From: an uncultured Acidobacteriota bacterium
Lineage (GTDB): Bacteria > Acidobacteriota > Terriglobia > Terriglobales > Acidobacteriaceae
Assembly: GCA_963720285.1 (NCBI GenBank)
Contig: CAVREZ010000004.1
Location: 32,628 to 96,627, forward strand
Direction of reading: 5' to 3'
DNA length: 64,000 nucleotides
The position numbers were made by a program, and so were the translations under genes. How positions within the stretch are numbered: position 1 is the first letter of the stretch; each line of letters opens with the position of its first letter. The notes under the pieces are model-generated. The model was not told where the DNA came from and ran no database searches. It worked only from the letters and a program-made list of their open reading frames with translations. Below are positions 9,815-20,066 of this stretch, in pieces.

Positions 9815-10753
9815 ATGCATGAGTCGCCACTGGTTAGTATTCTCGTCAACAACTACAATTACGGTCGATTTCTTGGCGAGGCAATTGATAGCGCCCTCGC
9901 TCAAACCTACAAGAACATAGAAGTCGTGGTTGTGGACGATGGGTCCACCGACAACTCGGCGGAAATAATTTCCTCCTACGGGGATCGTATTCGCTTGGTG
10001 GCCAAGGAAAATGGCGGCCAGTCATCTGCCTTCAACGCGGGCTTTCAGGCAAGCAGAGGTCCGTTGATATGCTTCCTGGATTCCGACGACGTTTTCGAAC
10101 CGAGCAAAGTGGAGCGTATCGTCGAAATCTTTGCTGGCGACTCTGAGGTCGGATGGTGCTTTGACAGAGCTCGACATTTTGACGACGTCACGAAAGCGTG
10201 GTTTCCTTGGACTGCTAATGTGCATGCGGGCAAGCTCGATGCGCGGGGTATTGTCGCCAATGGCCATGCGCCCTACGTATTTACCAGCACTTCCGGACTT
10301 TCTTTCACACGGGAAACCCTCGGTCAAATTCTTCCAATGCCTGAGACTCTGCGAATCAAGAGTGGAATCTCAAGCGACAACTACTTGAAGTTTGCCGCCT
10401 ACTCCATATCGAGTGGATGGCTGATGTCAGAACCGTTAACTCTCCAACGAATTCACCGGGACAATGCATACACGCGACGAGTAAGCGGCAAAGCGCGTAT
10501 CGTCGGTCTCTCCGACATCCTGCTTGGAATGTGTCTTTCCAGAGAGTTCCGCATCCTCCAACATCTTGGGACGAAGATATTTGCCCACGGATTGGGAAAG
10601 CTCTGGGCGGCGGGCGGCCTTGAACTCGAGCATCGGCAGATCGCAGGGACTTTCCTCAAGTCGCTATCGCCGCAACTCAGGGCCGAAGCAATCTTGCGAG
10701 CCATGTGGTGGGGAGCATCGGAAAAATTCCGTCGTCAATCGTGGGATCACTGA
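9815..10753 (+). CDS. GT2 family glycosyltransferase
   Basis: VSILVNNYNY, VVDDGSTD, FLDSDD. Confidence 0.9.
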   Translation: MHESPLVSILVNNYNYGRFLGEAIDSALAQTYKNIEVVVVDDGSTDNSAEIISSYGDRIRLVAKENGGQSSAFNAGFQASRGPLICFLDSDDVFEPSKVERIVEIFAGDSEVGWCFDRARHFDDVTKAWFPWTANVHAGKLDARGIVANGHAPYVFTSTSGLSFTRETLGQILPMPETLRIKSGISSDNYLKFAAYSISSGWLMSEPLTLQRIHRDNAYTRRVSGKARIVGLSDILLGMCLSREFRILQHLGTKIFAHGLGKLWAAGGLELEHRQIAGTFLKSLSPQLRAEAILRAMWWGASEKFRRQSWDH

Positions 10754-10880
10754 TCACGGCGAAACCGATTTAGATCCGGGAATATCTGTCGACCTCTGTC
10801 GTTCGTTTTCGAACCATCGTTTTTGATGGCGCTACAGCTGGCTATTATGCCAAAGCAAGTGAACATGAAGTGAATAGACC

Positions 10881-12173
10881 ATGACCATACCCAAGCACAT
10901 TGTCGGTCGAATTCGGGATAGTTACTTCGTTTGCGTTTTCGTGCTCACGATCGGAGCATTTGCGTCATTGTTTCTGGACACAGGAGATCTGGCGACAGCG
11001 AGCCAGGGATCTCCATACCTCAAGGTCGTTTCGGCGACGATCTTTGGAATAGCATTTATCCGCGTTTCCCTAAGAAGACATGATGCCGTAGCCTTGTTTC
11101 GCGAGAATAAAGCTCTCGTCTTTTTTCTTCTTCTAACGCTGGGCTCCGCTCTCTGGTCGATTGACCGCAGTGTCACCGTCCACACGTGGGCGACGCTGTT
11201 TGGTTCTACCTTAGTCGCTCTTGATCTGAGCATCCATTACTCTCTCGAAAAGCAGCTACGTCTGCTCTGCGTTGCACTGGTTTCGATAGCGGTCTTAAGC
11301 GTACTCGTCGAACTGATGGCGCCGGGGCTGATACCTGGACAGGAAATGGAAGGTTCTGCATGGCACGGGCTTTTCGGTGTTAAGAACGTTTTTGGCAAGA
11401 CGGTATGCCTCACTGTAGCCGCGTGTCTGTGCATGTTTCGCAAATCACTTGTCATCAGGTTTGTCACGGTTGCGTGCGGAATCGTGATCGGGATTCTTTC
11501 TCAGTCAACAAGCTCTGTTGGATATATAGCGCTCGTAGTTGCGGTATTTGCGCTCTTGCCAGTCTTGAAATGGAAGCCGGTCCCCCGGAGGACTGCGATC
11601 TGCTGTATCGCCCTCGGCTCACTACTCGCCGTCTACTGTGTAACGGCGAATCTTGACTCAATCACCACAGGGCTCGATAAAGATCCTCATCTCACAGGCC
11701 GTACAGACCTGTGGGCATATGCCATCGACAGCATAAAAGACAAGCCTCTTTGGGGGTATGGATACCAGGCGTTCTGGACGTATGACTCTGTGCCCGCCAG
11801 GAGAATCCGGCAAGCCATCAACTGGGACAGCGCTCCTCATGCTCACAATGGCTATATCGACTTCACCCTGGAAGTGGGTCTCATCGGCCTTCTCGCCTAT
11901 TTGGCATTGTTGGCGACTCTTGCCAAAAGAGCATATGTCTACTTCATGAGTGGGCCAGAGGACTATAAGAGATGGCCTCTCACCTTTCTCGCATTTACAT
12001 TCTTTTATCAACTCACAGAGAGTTCGATGGCCAGCGCCGGCTGCCTTTGGATCGTCTTCTGCGGGCTGATACTGTCGCTAAATTCGGAAAGGCAATCCGC
12101 AATCGTTGAAGAAGAGCCTCCTCTGCATGTAGCCCGCTTTGGAACTCACCTATCAACCGACGCCCTTTTATGA
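10881..12173 (+). CDS. Wzy polymerase / O-antigen ligase family (ExoQ-like)
   Basis: Multi-TM protein; LTGRTDLW, KPLWGYG, HAHNGY. Confidence 0.85.
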   Translation: MTIPKHIVGRIRDSYFVCVFVLTIGAFASLFLDTGDLATASQGSPYLKVVSATIFGIAFIRVSLRRHDAVALFRENKALVFFLLLTLGSALWSIDRSVTVHTWATLFGSTLVALDLSIHYSLEKQLRLLCVALVSIAVLSVLVELMAPGLIPGQEMEGSAWHGLFGVKNVFGKTVCLTVAACLCMFRKSLVIRFVTVACGIVIGILSQSTSSVGYIALVVAVFALLPVLKWKPVPRRTAICCIALGSLLAVYCVTANLDSITTGLDKDPHLTGRTDLWAYAIDSIKDKPLWGYGYQAFWTYDSVPARRIRQAINWDSAPHAHNGYIDFTLEVGLIGLLAYLALLATLAKRAYVYFMSGPEDYKRWPLTFLAFTFFYQLTESSMASAGCLWIVFCGLILSLNSERQSAIVEEEPPLHVARFGTHLSTDALL

Positions 12174-12267
12174 CAGCCTTCCACAGTGAACTCACGACTC
12201 TTTCCCCAATTACTACCATCCCGATTCTTTTCACTTCGGATCTAGCTTCCGGGAGGCTCGGAAACGC

Positions 12268-13449
12268 ATGCCTAAGGTTCTGATTGTTCAGTCGGAAATG
12301 AAGCATTACCGGCTGGCATTTTTCGAGGGATTATATAAAGCACTCCAACGGGATGGCATCGCTTTGACGGTGGCATACAGCAACTCCAATGCCCTTCTGG
12401 CGGAGCGAAAAGACAGAGTCGATTTGCTGCCGCCGGCTGGCGTGCGAGTTAAAAGCCTCTGGTTTTTCGGACGCTTCATCTACCAAAACGTCTGGAAAGA
12501 AGTGCTTGCGTCGGATCTCGTGATTGTTGGATCAGAGGTGAAATTCCTTATCAATCCCGCAATCATGATTATGTCCGCGCTTGGCCTCAAGAAGGTGGCT
12601 TTTTGGGGACTAGGTCCAAATCGGCATCCAGACCGCTCTCCGATAACTGAATGGTTCAAAGAGCACTTTGTCACATGCGTGGACTGGTGGTTCGCATATA
12701 CCGAATCTATCGCCGACTACTTGAAGTCCAAGGGCATGTCGGCAGACAAGGTCACCAACGTTCAGAACGCAACCGACACGGCAGAACTCAAACAACTCAT
12801 CAGCAATATTTCCAAAGAAGAGGTCAAGAACTCAAAGATCAGTCTCACGGGAGAGTCCTCGAGTAGGATAGGCCTCTATTGCGGCTTCATCGGCTCTATC
12901 AAGGAGCTACCCTTCCTGATTCAAGCCGCCCGTTCGGTCAAGACAAAGTGCCCCGAGTTTCATCTCATAATCATCGGCGACGGTCCTGACCGGGTTCGGT
13001 TGCAGCGGGAAATTGAAGAGCACCCGTGGATTCACTATGTTGGCTTCAAAAACCACGAACAGGGCGCCATCTATTACAAAATGGCAGATGTTTTTCTTCT
13101 CGGTGGGACGGTAGGCTTGGCAGTAGTAGATTGTTTCGCGGCCAGTCTGCCTCTGATAGCAACTCTTCTTAACACGCATCCGCCTGAGATCAGTTATATC
13201 GAACACGGCTACAACGGCCTGGTCGTCGCCCATGACGTTCAAGTATTCGCGGATTCCATCGTTGATGTTTTGTCGGATCCATCCTTAATGGAGCGCCTTC
13301 GCCGTGGCGCGAATGAAAGCGGAGACCGGTACACCATTGAGGCCATGGTCGAAAACTATAGGATCGGAGTTCATAAGTGCTTAGCTATGCGTAAATCTGT
13401 TTCCTCCTTTCTCGCCAGGGAGTCCCTCACCAGAACCGCTAATGATTGA
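12268..13449 (+). CDS. GT4 family glycosyltransferase
   Basis: HYRLAFF N-terminus, IIGDGP, GT-B C-terminal domain (IEHGYNGL). Confidence 0.85.
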   Translation: MPKVLIVQSEMKHYRLAFFEGLYKALQRDGIALTVAYSNSNALLAERKDRVDLLPPAGVRVKSLWFFGRFIYQNVWKEVLASDLVIVGSEVKFLINPAIMIMSALGLKKVAFWGLGPNRHPDRSPITEWFKEHFVTCVDWWFAYTESIADYLKSKGMSADKVTNVQNATDTAELKQLISNISKEEVKNSKISLTGESSSRIGLYCGFIGSIKELPFLIQAARSVKTKCPEFHLIIIGDGPDRVRLQREIEEHPWIHYVGFKNHEQGAIYYKMADVFLLGGTVGLAVVDCFAASLPLIATLLNTHPPEISYIEHGYNGLVVAHDVQVFADSIVDVLSDPSLMERLRRGANESGDRYTIEAMVENYRIGVHKCLAMRKSVSSFLARESLTRTAND

Positions 13450-13499
13450 TTCTCTATCTTGCTGATAGGCGCGACCTCACTCTGATTTGAGCCAAACCC

Positions 13500-15836
13500 A
13501 TGTTGCAGCAGCCTAAACCGAAGGCGGTCATTCGATCAGCCTTCAGGAGGAAGAGTCGCTTGTCCGACATCAAGCTCAAGATTTTGGCGGCACCTGCATT
13601 TGACCCCAGAACAGGTAATCCGTATTGCTCTCTTCTCTATGAACATTTGCGGGAGCTACGTGTTGAAGTTGAAGAATTTTCCTTTCGGCGAGCGTTGTTT
13701 GGAAAACACCAGATCTGGCATTTGCATTGGCCGGAACGTCATTTGGGTAGCCATTTACTGAAGGCAGTCACCGGGATACATCTCATCCTCGCTTGCATTT
13801 TGTTGGCCCGGGCTCGCAAAACAAGGGTTTTTTGGACGGCGCACAATCTGGTTAGCCATGGACGTCGGCATCCTCGACTGGAGGGTTATTACTGGTTTCT
13901 TTTTACTCGTCTCCTTGATGGAGTAATTTTTCTCAGTTCCGATGGGCTACGTTTTGCTCAAAAACAATTTCCAGGTCTCAAGAATGTCCCTAGATTTGTG
14001 GTACCTCACGGCCACTATCGAAGCGTTATACCGTGCAAGATCGACAGTGAGAATGCTCGCAAATCACTGGGCCTGCCGGCAGATTGCCGCGTTTTTCTTT
14101 TCTTTGGAAGAATCAGCGGGTATAAGAATGTTCCACATCTGATTCGATCTTTTCGACAATCCCAGCATCACGAATGGCGCCTGTGCATCGTGGGTAATTT
14201 ATCTTCTGACGTTGCATTGCAAGAACTGACCAATTCGGTTCAAGGTGATCCTCGGATCTTACTTCGTATCGGTTGGGTTTCAACAGAAGATATTCAGACA
14301 CACTTCCGTAGTGCTGATCTCGTGGTGTTACCGTTCCGCGAAATCTCCAACTCCGGAAGTGTCCTACTGGCCTTATCGATGGATGTGCCTTTACTGACTG
14401 TTGCACAGGGCGCTTTACCTGAATTGCAACAAAATGTCGGCAAGGAGTGGATCCACTTTTACGAGGGCGAGTTGACGTCAAATGATCTCGCCCAAGGAAT
14501 TGAATGGGCGATGCACACGAATCGTGCTCATCGAGCACCACTCGAGGCGTTTGAATGGCCGGCAGTAGCTCAAATGACCTTAAACGCATATCGAACTGTA
14601 GTCTTCAACTCCGAAAGACAGAATGAATTGGATTTCGGAGTTGAGCTCGAAGTAGCCCAGGTCGAAACCGTCGAAAAGGTGACAAACACAAACATGAAAG
14701 ATGCGATGGAAGACGTATTGATTGTGGGCCAGACCCCTCCGCCAGTAAATGGTCAAACGACCATGATCGGAGAGCTTTTAAGTGGCCGATACGAGAGCAT
14801 CAGACTTCACCATGTTCGCACAACATTTTCACGCAATATAGAGGAGGTCGGTAATTTCCAGTTCCGAAAGATCCTGGTTCTGTTGACCACTTTTGTCGAT
14901 ATCGTTCGCGCCCGATTGAGAAGCCGTGCCAAAATTTTGTACTTCAATCCAGCAGGACCGAATCTGATCGCCGTTATTCGAGACATCGTACTTCTGGCCG
15001 GTACCCGCTGGATGTTTCAATTTACTGTCTTTCACTTCCACGCGGCAGGCCTGACGGAAATCTACCCCCGGCTTCCGCGATTACTCAGGCCGTTATATAA
15101 CCTCGCCTACCGCAATGCTGATCTCGCGATCTTCACCGCTCGAAGCATTTCGGCAGCCGGTTCGGTACTCGGGGCTAAATCGATCTCCATTGTTCCCAAC
15201 GGGATTCCTGACTACGTCGAAGAGCATACGTTTGATAACAGGCATCCAGAGCACTATATTCCCTGCATTCTCTTCATGGGGATTCTATCCGAGGGAAAAG
15301 GCCCTGCTTACCCTGATCGAGGCTTGTTCGCTCTTAAAGAGAGACGGAATATCTTTCGAGTTGTGTGCGCAGGCACCTACGGCTTTGGCACTACTCGTGA
15401 AGAAGTAGAAGCTTTGATAGAGGGTTGTGGACTCAAACAGCATTTCTTTTTTCCCGGTATTGTGTCTGGTGACAGGAAGTCGGAGGTGTTCAAGGAAGCG
15501 GATATCTTCTGTTTTCCAAGCCACTATTTCGCTGAGAGCTCGCCTGTGGTCTTGATCGAGGCTATGTCTTTCCGGCTACCGATCGTGACAACCAACTGGC
15601 GGGGCATTCCTGACATCGTTGGTCGAAGCGGCGGCGCCTTTGTAGTTGAGCCAAAGAGGCCGGATCTCGTCGCTGAATGCCTTGCCAAGCTCCTTAGTGA
15701 TCAGGAACTGCGAGATGTCATGGGCAGAAAGAACCGTCTTTGGTTTTCAGAGAACGGAACAATCGAGAAGCATTGCGAAAGGATTGAGTCAGCTCTGCTT
15801 GGGATTCAACGCCTCTCGCAAAGCCGTCAGTTATGA
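13500..15836 (+). CDS. Tandem double GT4 glycosyltransferase (GumI-like N-half plus a second GT4)
   Basis: NPYCSLLY/HLHWPE/FFGRISGYK/NSGSVLLALS in the first half; GQTPPPVNGQ and ESSPVVLIEAMS in the second half. Confidence 0.8.
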   Translation: MLQQPKPKAVIRSAFRRKSRLSDIKLKILAAPAFDPRTGNPYCSLLYEHLRELRVEVEEFSFRRALFGKHQIWHLHWPERHLGSHLLKAVTGIHLILACILLARARKTRVFWTAHNLVSHGRRHPRLEGYYWFLFTRLLDGVIFLSSDGLRFAQKQFPGLKNVPRFVVPHGHYRSVIPCKIDSENARKSLGLPADCRVFLFFGRISGYKNVPHLIRSFRQSQHHEWRLCIVGNLSSDVALQELTNSVQGDPRILLRIGWVSTEDIQTHFRSADLVVLPFREISNSGSVLLALSMDVPLLTVAQGALPELQQNVGKEWIHFYEGELTSNDLAQGIEWAMHTNRAHRAPLEAFEWPAVAQMTLNAYRTVVFNSERQNELDFGVELEVAQVETVEKVTNTNMKDAMEDVLIVGQTPPPVNGQTTMIGELLSGRYESIRLHHVRTTFSRNIEEVGNFQFRKILVLLTTFVDIVRARLRSRAKILYFNPAGPNLIAVIRDIVLLAGTRWMFQFTVFHFHAAGLTEIYPRLPRLLRPLYNLAYRNADLAIFTARSISAAGSVLGAKSISIVPNGIPDYVEEHTFDNRHPEHYIPCILFMGILSEGKGPAYPDRGLFALKERRNIFRVVCAGTYGFGTTREEVEALIEGCGLKQHFFFPGIVSGDRKSEVFKEADIFCFPSHYFAESSPVVLIEAMSFRLPIVTTNWRGIPDIVGRSGGAFVVEPKRPDLVAECLAKLLSDQELRDVMGRKNRLWFSENGTIEKHCERIESALLGIQRLSQSRQL

Positions 15837-15895
15837 GAAGCGTCTTTGCCGCACACATCGGCGACGAACCCTCTTTGAAGGAGTGCGGTTTCAGT

Positions 15896-16825
15896 ATGAA
15901 AAAGCCCGTAGCCTACCTCGTACTGGCGCATGCCGATCCACAGCAGTGCGCTCGACTCGTGAGCCGCCTATTGGCCGATCGCAGCTGTCATGTATTTGTG
16001 CATATTGATCTTAAGACTAGGAGTGATTTTTCTGTTGCGGCAAAACCTGACCCCCTGCGCGTTCACTTCGTCAAAGAAAGATATGAGGTCTCCTGGTCTG
16101 GCTTTAGCGTTGTTAAGGGCATCCTGGCTGCAATGAAAGAAGCACTTTGGTCTGGAATCGATTTCGGATATCTCGTGCTTCTATCCGGCATGGACTATCC
16201 CATTCGCCATCCTGACGATATCAAGGACTATCTTTACAATCAGGAGTTTCGTCAACATATCAACCGCGTAAATGTGGCAGACTCACCCGAGCACTACCTT
16301 AAGCTCGCTCGACGCTACACCTTTCGCGATGCGTGGCTGCCAGCTGGCAAAACCGACAAGGCTCTCCGCAAGGCGATAACTACAGCCGCTATACCACTCA
16401 AACGAAGGCTTCTCGACGGGACGATCTGCACAGGGTCTTCATGGTGGGCGATCACTTCAGAGTTTGGCAGATATGCACTCGAGTTCATTTCCGGGCACGA
16501 AGAATACGAGCGCTATTTCAAATATCTTCATTGCCCGGAAGAGCATTATTTCCAAACAATCCTTGAAAACTCGCCCTTTGTCCATGAGGCATCTCCTGTT
16601 CTTACCTACACCGGGCGCGGGATGTGGAAGACAGCAAATCTTCACGTCATTCACCACTCATTGAAGAAGATTTATACCGCGGCCGAATTCGAAGAGGTGA
16701 TGCAATCAAAGCGCTGCTTTGTGCGCAAGGTGAACACGGATGCTTCAACACTGCTCCTGGACCGAATCGACGCTTCGGTTGGATTGAGCCCAATCGTCCA
16801 TGAATCTGTCTTAGTCAACTCATAA
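15896..16825 (+). CDS. Core-2/I-branching (GT14-like) glycosyltransferase
   Basis: AYLVLAH, VHIDLK, WSGFS, LLSGMDYP, GSSWW, PEEHYFQT, FVRK. Confidence 0.85.
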   Translation: MKKPVAYLVLAHADPQQCARLVSRLLADRSCHVFVHIDLKTRSDFSVAAKPDPLRVHFVKERYEVSWSGFSVVKGILAAMKEALWSGIDFGYLVLLSGMDYPIRHPDDIKDYLYNQEFRQHINRVNVADSPEHYLKLARRYTFRDAWLPAGKTDKALRKAITTAAIPLKRRLLDGTICTGSSWWAITSEFGRYALEFISGHEEYERYFKYLHCPEEHYFQTILENSPFVHEASPVLTYTGRGMWKTANLHVIHHSLKKIYTAAEFEEVMQSKRCFVRKVNTDASTLLLDRIDASVGLSPIVHESVLVNS

Positions 16826-16945
16826 AAGTCAAACGAAGACACTACAACAGCGCAACCAGCGAAGATTTAAACTTTCATCGCCGACAAATATACGAATTCG
16901 CGTCCAACGTCATCCTATGAAGAAGTAGTAGCCAGTTTCATTTCT

Positions 16946-18793
16946 ATGATCAATTTGCACCAGGAGGCCTTGCCCATGCAGACACCAACCCGGGCTGTTC
17001 ACTCTGTTTGTGAGCGAATTTTTGGAATGCGGGGTGCTCGCCCGTCTTCTATTGCCTTGAGCTACGGAGATCAACAACTAACTTATGAAGAGCTCTTCTA
17101 CAGGGCAGACCTGTTCTCGCGGCATTTAATCAAGCTTGGCCTTTCTTCAGGACAAGCCGTTGCCATCTGCATGGAGCGTTCTTTTGATTGGATCGTTGCG
17201 GCTCTTGGAGTCATGCAGGCCGGTGCGGCATACGTACCTCTCGACCCGGCCTGGCCGGACGCACGGTTGCAGGCCGCAGTACGGGACAGTGGGGCGCGTG
17301 TTCTCGTAGCCAGGACCTGTATGCTCAACCGCCTGCAGCTTGATCTTATCGGTCTCGATCCAGCACGTGACGCTGCGGAAATTGCGGCAGCTCCGGAGTC
17401 AGAGCAACGAGTGATCGACCCGCAAAGTCTCGCCTACATCATCTATACCTCCGGGACGACCGGAGTTCCCAAGGGTGTCGAGATTACTCACGCCAATCTC
17501 GACCACCTCATCCGCTGGCACGAAAGCGCATTTCATGTGACACACCAAGACCGATGCGGTCATCTTGCAGGTCTGGGGTTTGATGCAGCCGTCTGGGAAA
17601 TATGGCCGAGTCTGAGTGCGGGTGCCTGTCTATGCCTGGCCGATGAGACATTCCGAACATCGCCGGAGCTGCTGCAGAGTTGGCTGACTCGCGAGAGGGT
17701 AACGATCGCGTTTGTTCCCACGATCCTCGCTGCGCGTTTGATCCAGATGGAGTGGTCGGCCACTGTAGCATTGCGGTTCTTACTGACCGGAGGCGACGTC
17801 TTGCTAAAAGGCCCTGCGTCGCAGTTGCCATTTGAGGTCGTCAATAACTACGGTCCTACTGAATGCACGGTTGTAGCAACCTCCACCATCCTCAAACCAG
17901 GCACGATGGGAGCTCCGCCCATTGGACGCTCAATCTCTGGCGCGAACGTATATCTCCTCAATGACCGCGGAGAGCAGGTTGAGCAGGGAAACGAGGGTGA
18001 AATTTATATCGGTGGTGACGGAGTTGGCCAAGGCTATAGAAATCTGCCCGTCTTGACGCAGGAGTATTTCCTCGCCGATCCCTTTACTGGATCGCCAGCA
18101 GCTCGTATGTATCGCAGCGGCGACTTCGGGATTCAGCGTGAAGATGGAGAGATAGAGTTTCGCGGAAGATATGATCGCCAGGCAAAGATACGTGGATATC
18201 GAATAGAGCTGGATGAGATCAGTAGCGTCCTCAATGGGCACAAAACAATCGATTTCGCGACTTCAATCATGAAGACATCGGACGACGGTGAAAGTCAGTT
18301 GATCGCGTACGTCCTGTTCAAGGACGGTCAGGGAGAGGTCGGGTCTCAAGAGCTCCAAGAATATTTGCTCGGTACACTCCCGGACTATATGATTCCGTCG
18401 ATTTTTGTACGGCTCCGCTCTTTGCCGATATCGTCGAGTGGAAAACTCGACCTGAAAAAGCTGAACGAACTGAGGGAGCTGGAAGTATTGGAGAGAGTCA
18501 TTGTCGTCCGGCCCTCGACGCCGATCGAGGAGAAATTACTGGCAATGGTGCGCGATGTACTTGGCAACCATGCGATTGGCATAGACGACAACTTCTTTCT
18601 GGCGGGAGGACACTCGCTATTGGGGATGCAGCTGGTGATGCGCCTGCGTCAGACATTCGATGTCGATCTGCCCCTCCAGCAACTATTCAAAGCTCCCACT
18701 GCAAGACGCCTTGCCGTCGTGCTCGAGACACTGCTTATCGACGCCATCGATGCTATGAGTGACAAAGAAACAGAAGCCTATCTATCGGAGTGA
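16946..18793 (+). CDS. Stand-alone NRPS adenylation-thiolation (A-T) protein
   Basis: YTSGTTGVPKG, NYGPTE, YRSGD, KIRGYRIEL, SGKLD; PCP motif GGHSL. Confidence 0.92.
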   Translation: MINLHQEALPMQTPTRAVHSVCERIFGMRGARPSSIALSYGDQQLTYEELFYRADLFSRHLIKLGLSSGQAVAICMERSFDWIVAALGVMQAGAAYVPLDPAWPDARLQAAVRDSGARVLVARTCMLNRLQLDLIGLDPARDAAEIAAAPESEQRVIDPQSLAYIIYTSGTTGVPKGVEITHANLDHLIRWHESAFHVTHQDRCGHLAGLGFDAAVWEIWPSLSAGACLCLADETFRTSPELLQSWLTRERVTIAFVPTILAARLIQMEWSATVALRFLLTGGDVLLKGPASQLPFEVVNNYGPTECTVVATSTILKPGTMGAPPIGRSISGANVYLLNDRGEQVEQGNEGEIYIGGDGVGQGYRNLPVLTQEYFLADPFTGSPAARMYRSGDFGIQREDGEIEFRGRYDRQAKIRGYRIELDEISSVLNGHKTIDFATSIMKTSDDGESQLIAYVLFKDGQGEVGSQELQEYLLGTLPDYMIPSIFVRLRSLPISSSGKLDLKKLNELRELEVLERVIVVRPSTPIEEKLLAMVRDVLGNHAIGIDDNFFLAGGHSLLGMQLVMRLRQTFDVDLPLQQLFKAPTARRLAVVLETLLIDAIDAMSDKETEAYLSE

Positions 18794-20058
18794 GAACTAT
18801 GCAAGCATCAAGCGAGGACACGATTGTGCAGCCTGATGAGAGTTTGTCGCTCCTACGGCTTCTCGATCCGGATGTCATCTCAGATCCGTATCCGCTTTAT
18901 CGGCGGTTACGCGAGCTCGAGCCTGTGCACTGGGATCCGTACATGCATGCATGGCTGGTCACCGGTTATCCAGAGGTCGTAACAGTGCTGATGGACTATT
19001 CGGCCGACCGCACGCCCCCGCCCGCCTATCTCGACCAGTTAGGGTTGTCCTTCATGAAACCATTTGCCCAGGTCATGCTTCAGCAAATGTTGTTTATGGA
19101 TGGCGCCATGCATGCTCGGTTGCGCGCCATCTGTGGCGCTGCCATTACCCCGAGGAGGGTCGAAGGCTTACGATCCGTGATCGAAACGATTGCGGATGAA
19201 TTGATCGACAAAATCATCACTCAAGGACATATGGACATGGTCGTCGACTTTGCGAATCCCTTGCCGGCGACCGTAACCGCACGAATGCTTGGGGTGCCGG
19301 TCCAAGACCGTGTCCAGCTTCAGGAATGGGTGATCGACATAGCGGAAGTACTTGGCAATTTTCAACATCACCCAGATCGGGTCGCGGAAATCGTGCAAAG
19401 CCTGGAGGAAATGAAGAGTTATATTGCAGACCGAATGGAAGAGGAGCGCAAACGGCCAACGAACGGTCTGATCTATTCACTAATGATGGCAGAGGTCGAC
19501 GGTCACATGCTTTCGGATGATGAAGTGATTGCGAACGCGATCATCACTCTTATCGGGGGACACGAAACCACTACCAATCTAATCGCGAGCGGCTTTCTTA
19601 CTCTGCTTCGCAAGCCACTGGCTTTCGAACAATTTCGTAGCCACCCGGAGATAGCAGCATCGGCAGTCGAAGAACTACTGCGCTATGAGGCTCCGGTACA
19701 GCACACTGCGAGAATTGCGCCGGAAAATATGCGGTTGGGCGGAAAAATCATTGAAAAGGGTTCAAGGGTTGTGGCTGGCTTGGCAGCCGCAAACCGCGAT
19801 CCCGCCCGATTTCCCGATCCTGATTGCCTCGATCTGCTTCGCACTGACAACCGTCACCTGGCGTTTGGCTGGGCAGCACACTTCTGCTTCGGCGCTCCAC
19901 TAGCTCGCATGGAGGGGCAAATCGCTTTCAACAAACTTCTGGGTAGAATTTCAAATCCAGTGTTGTGCGAAGAAGAGCTGAACTGGCGCGGAAACGCTGG
20001 ATTGCGTGGTCTGACATCTCTCAACATCAGCTTCGATCCTTCCACCCCTATTCGTTAG
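18790..20058 (+). CDS. Cytochrome P450
   Basis: GGHETT I-helix, EELLR (ExxR), FGWAAHFCFG haem motif; overlaps the A-T stop codon. Confidence 0.93.
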   Translation: MRTMQASSEDTIVQPDESLSLLRLLDPDVISDPYPLYRRLRELEPVHWDPYMHAWLVTGYPEVVTVLMDYSADRTPPPAYLDQLGLSFMKPFAQVMLQQMLFMDGAMHARLRAICGAAITPRRVEGLRSVIETIADELIDKIITQGHMDMVVDFANPLPATVTARMLGVPVQDRVQLQEWVIDIAEVLGNFQHHPDRVAEIVQSLEEMKSYIADRMEEERKRPTNGLIYSLMMAEVDGHMLSDDEVIANAIITLIGGHETTTNLIASGFLTLLRKPLAFEQFRSHPEIAASAVEELLRYEAPVQHTARIAPENMRLGGKIIEKGSRVVAGLAAANRDPARFPDPDCLDLLRTDNRHLAFGWAAHFCFGAPLARMEGQIAFNKLLGRISNPVLCEEELNWRGNAGLRGLTSLNISFDPSTPIR

Positions 20059-20066
20059 AGGCATAC

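Noticed and set aside
19965-20066. N-terminal extension of the NRPS overlapping the P450
   Set aside because: ATG 20067 has an RBS and follows the P450 stop; the extension is simply open frame
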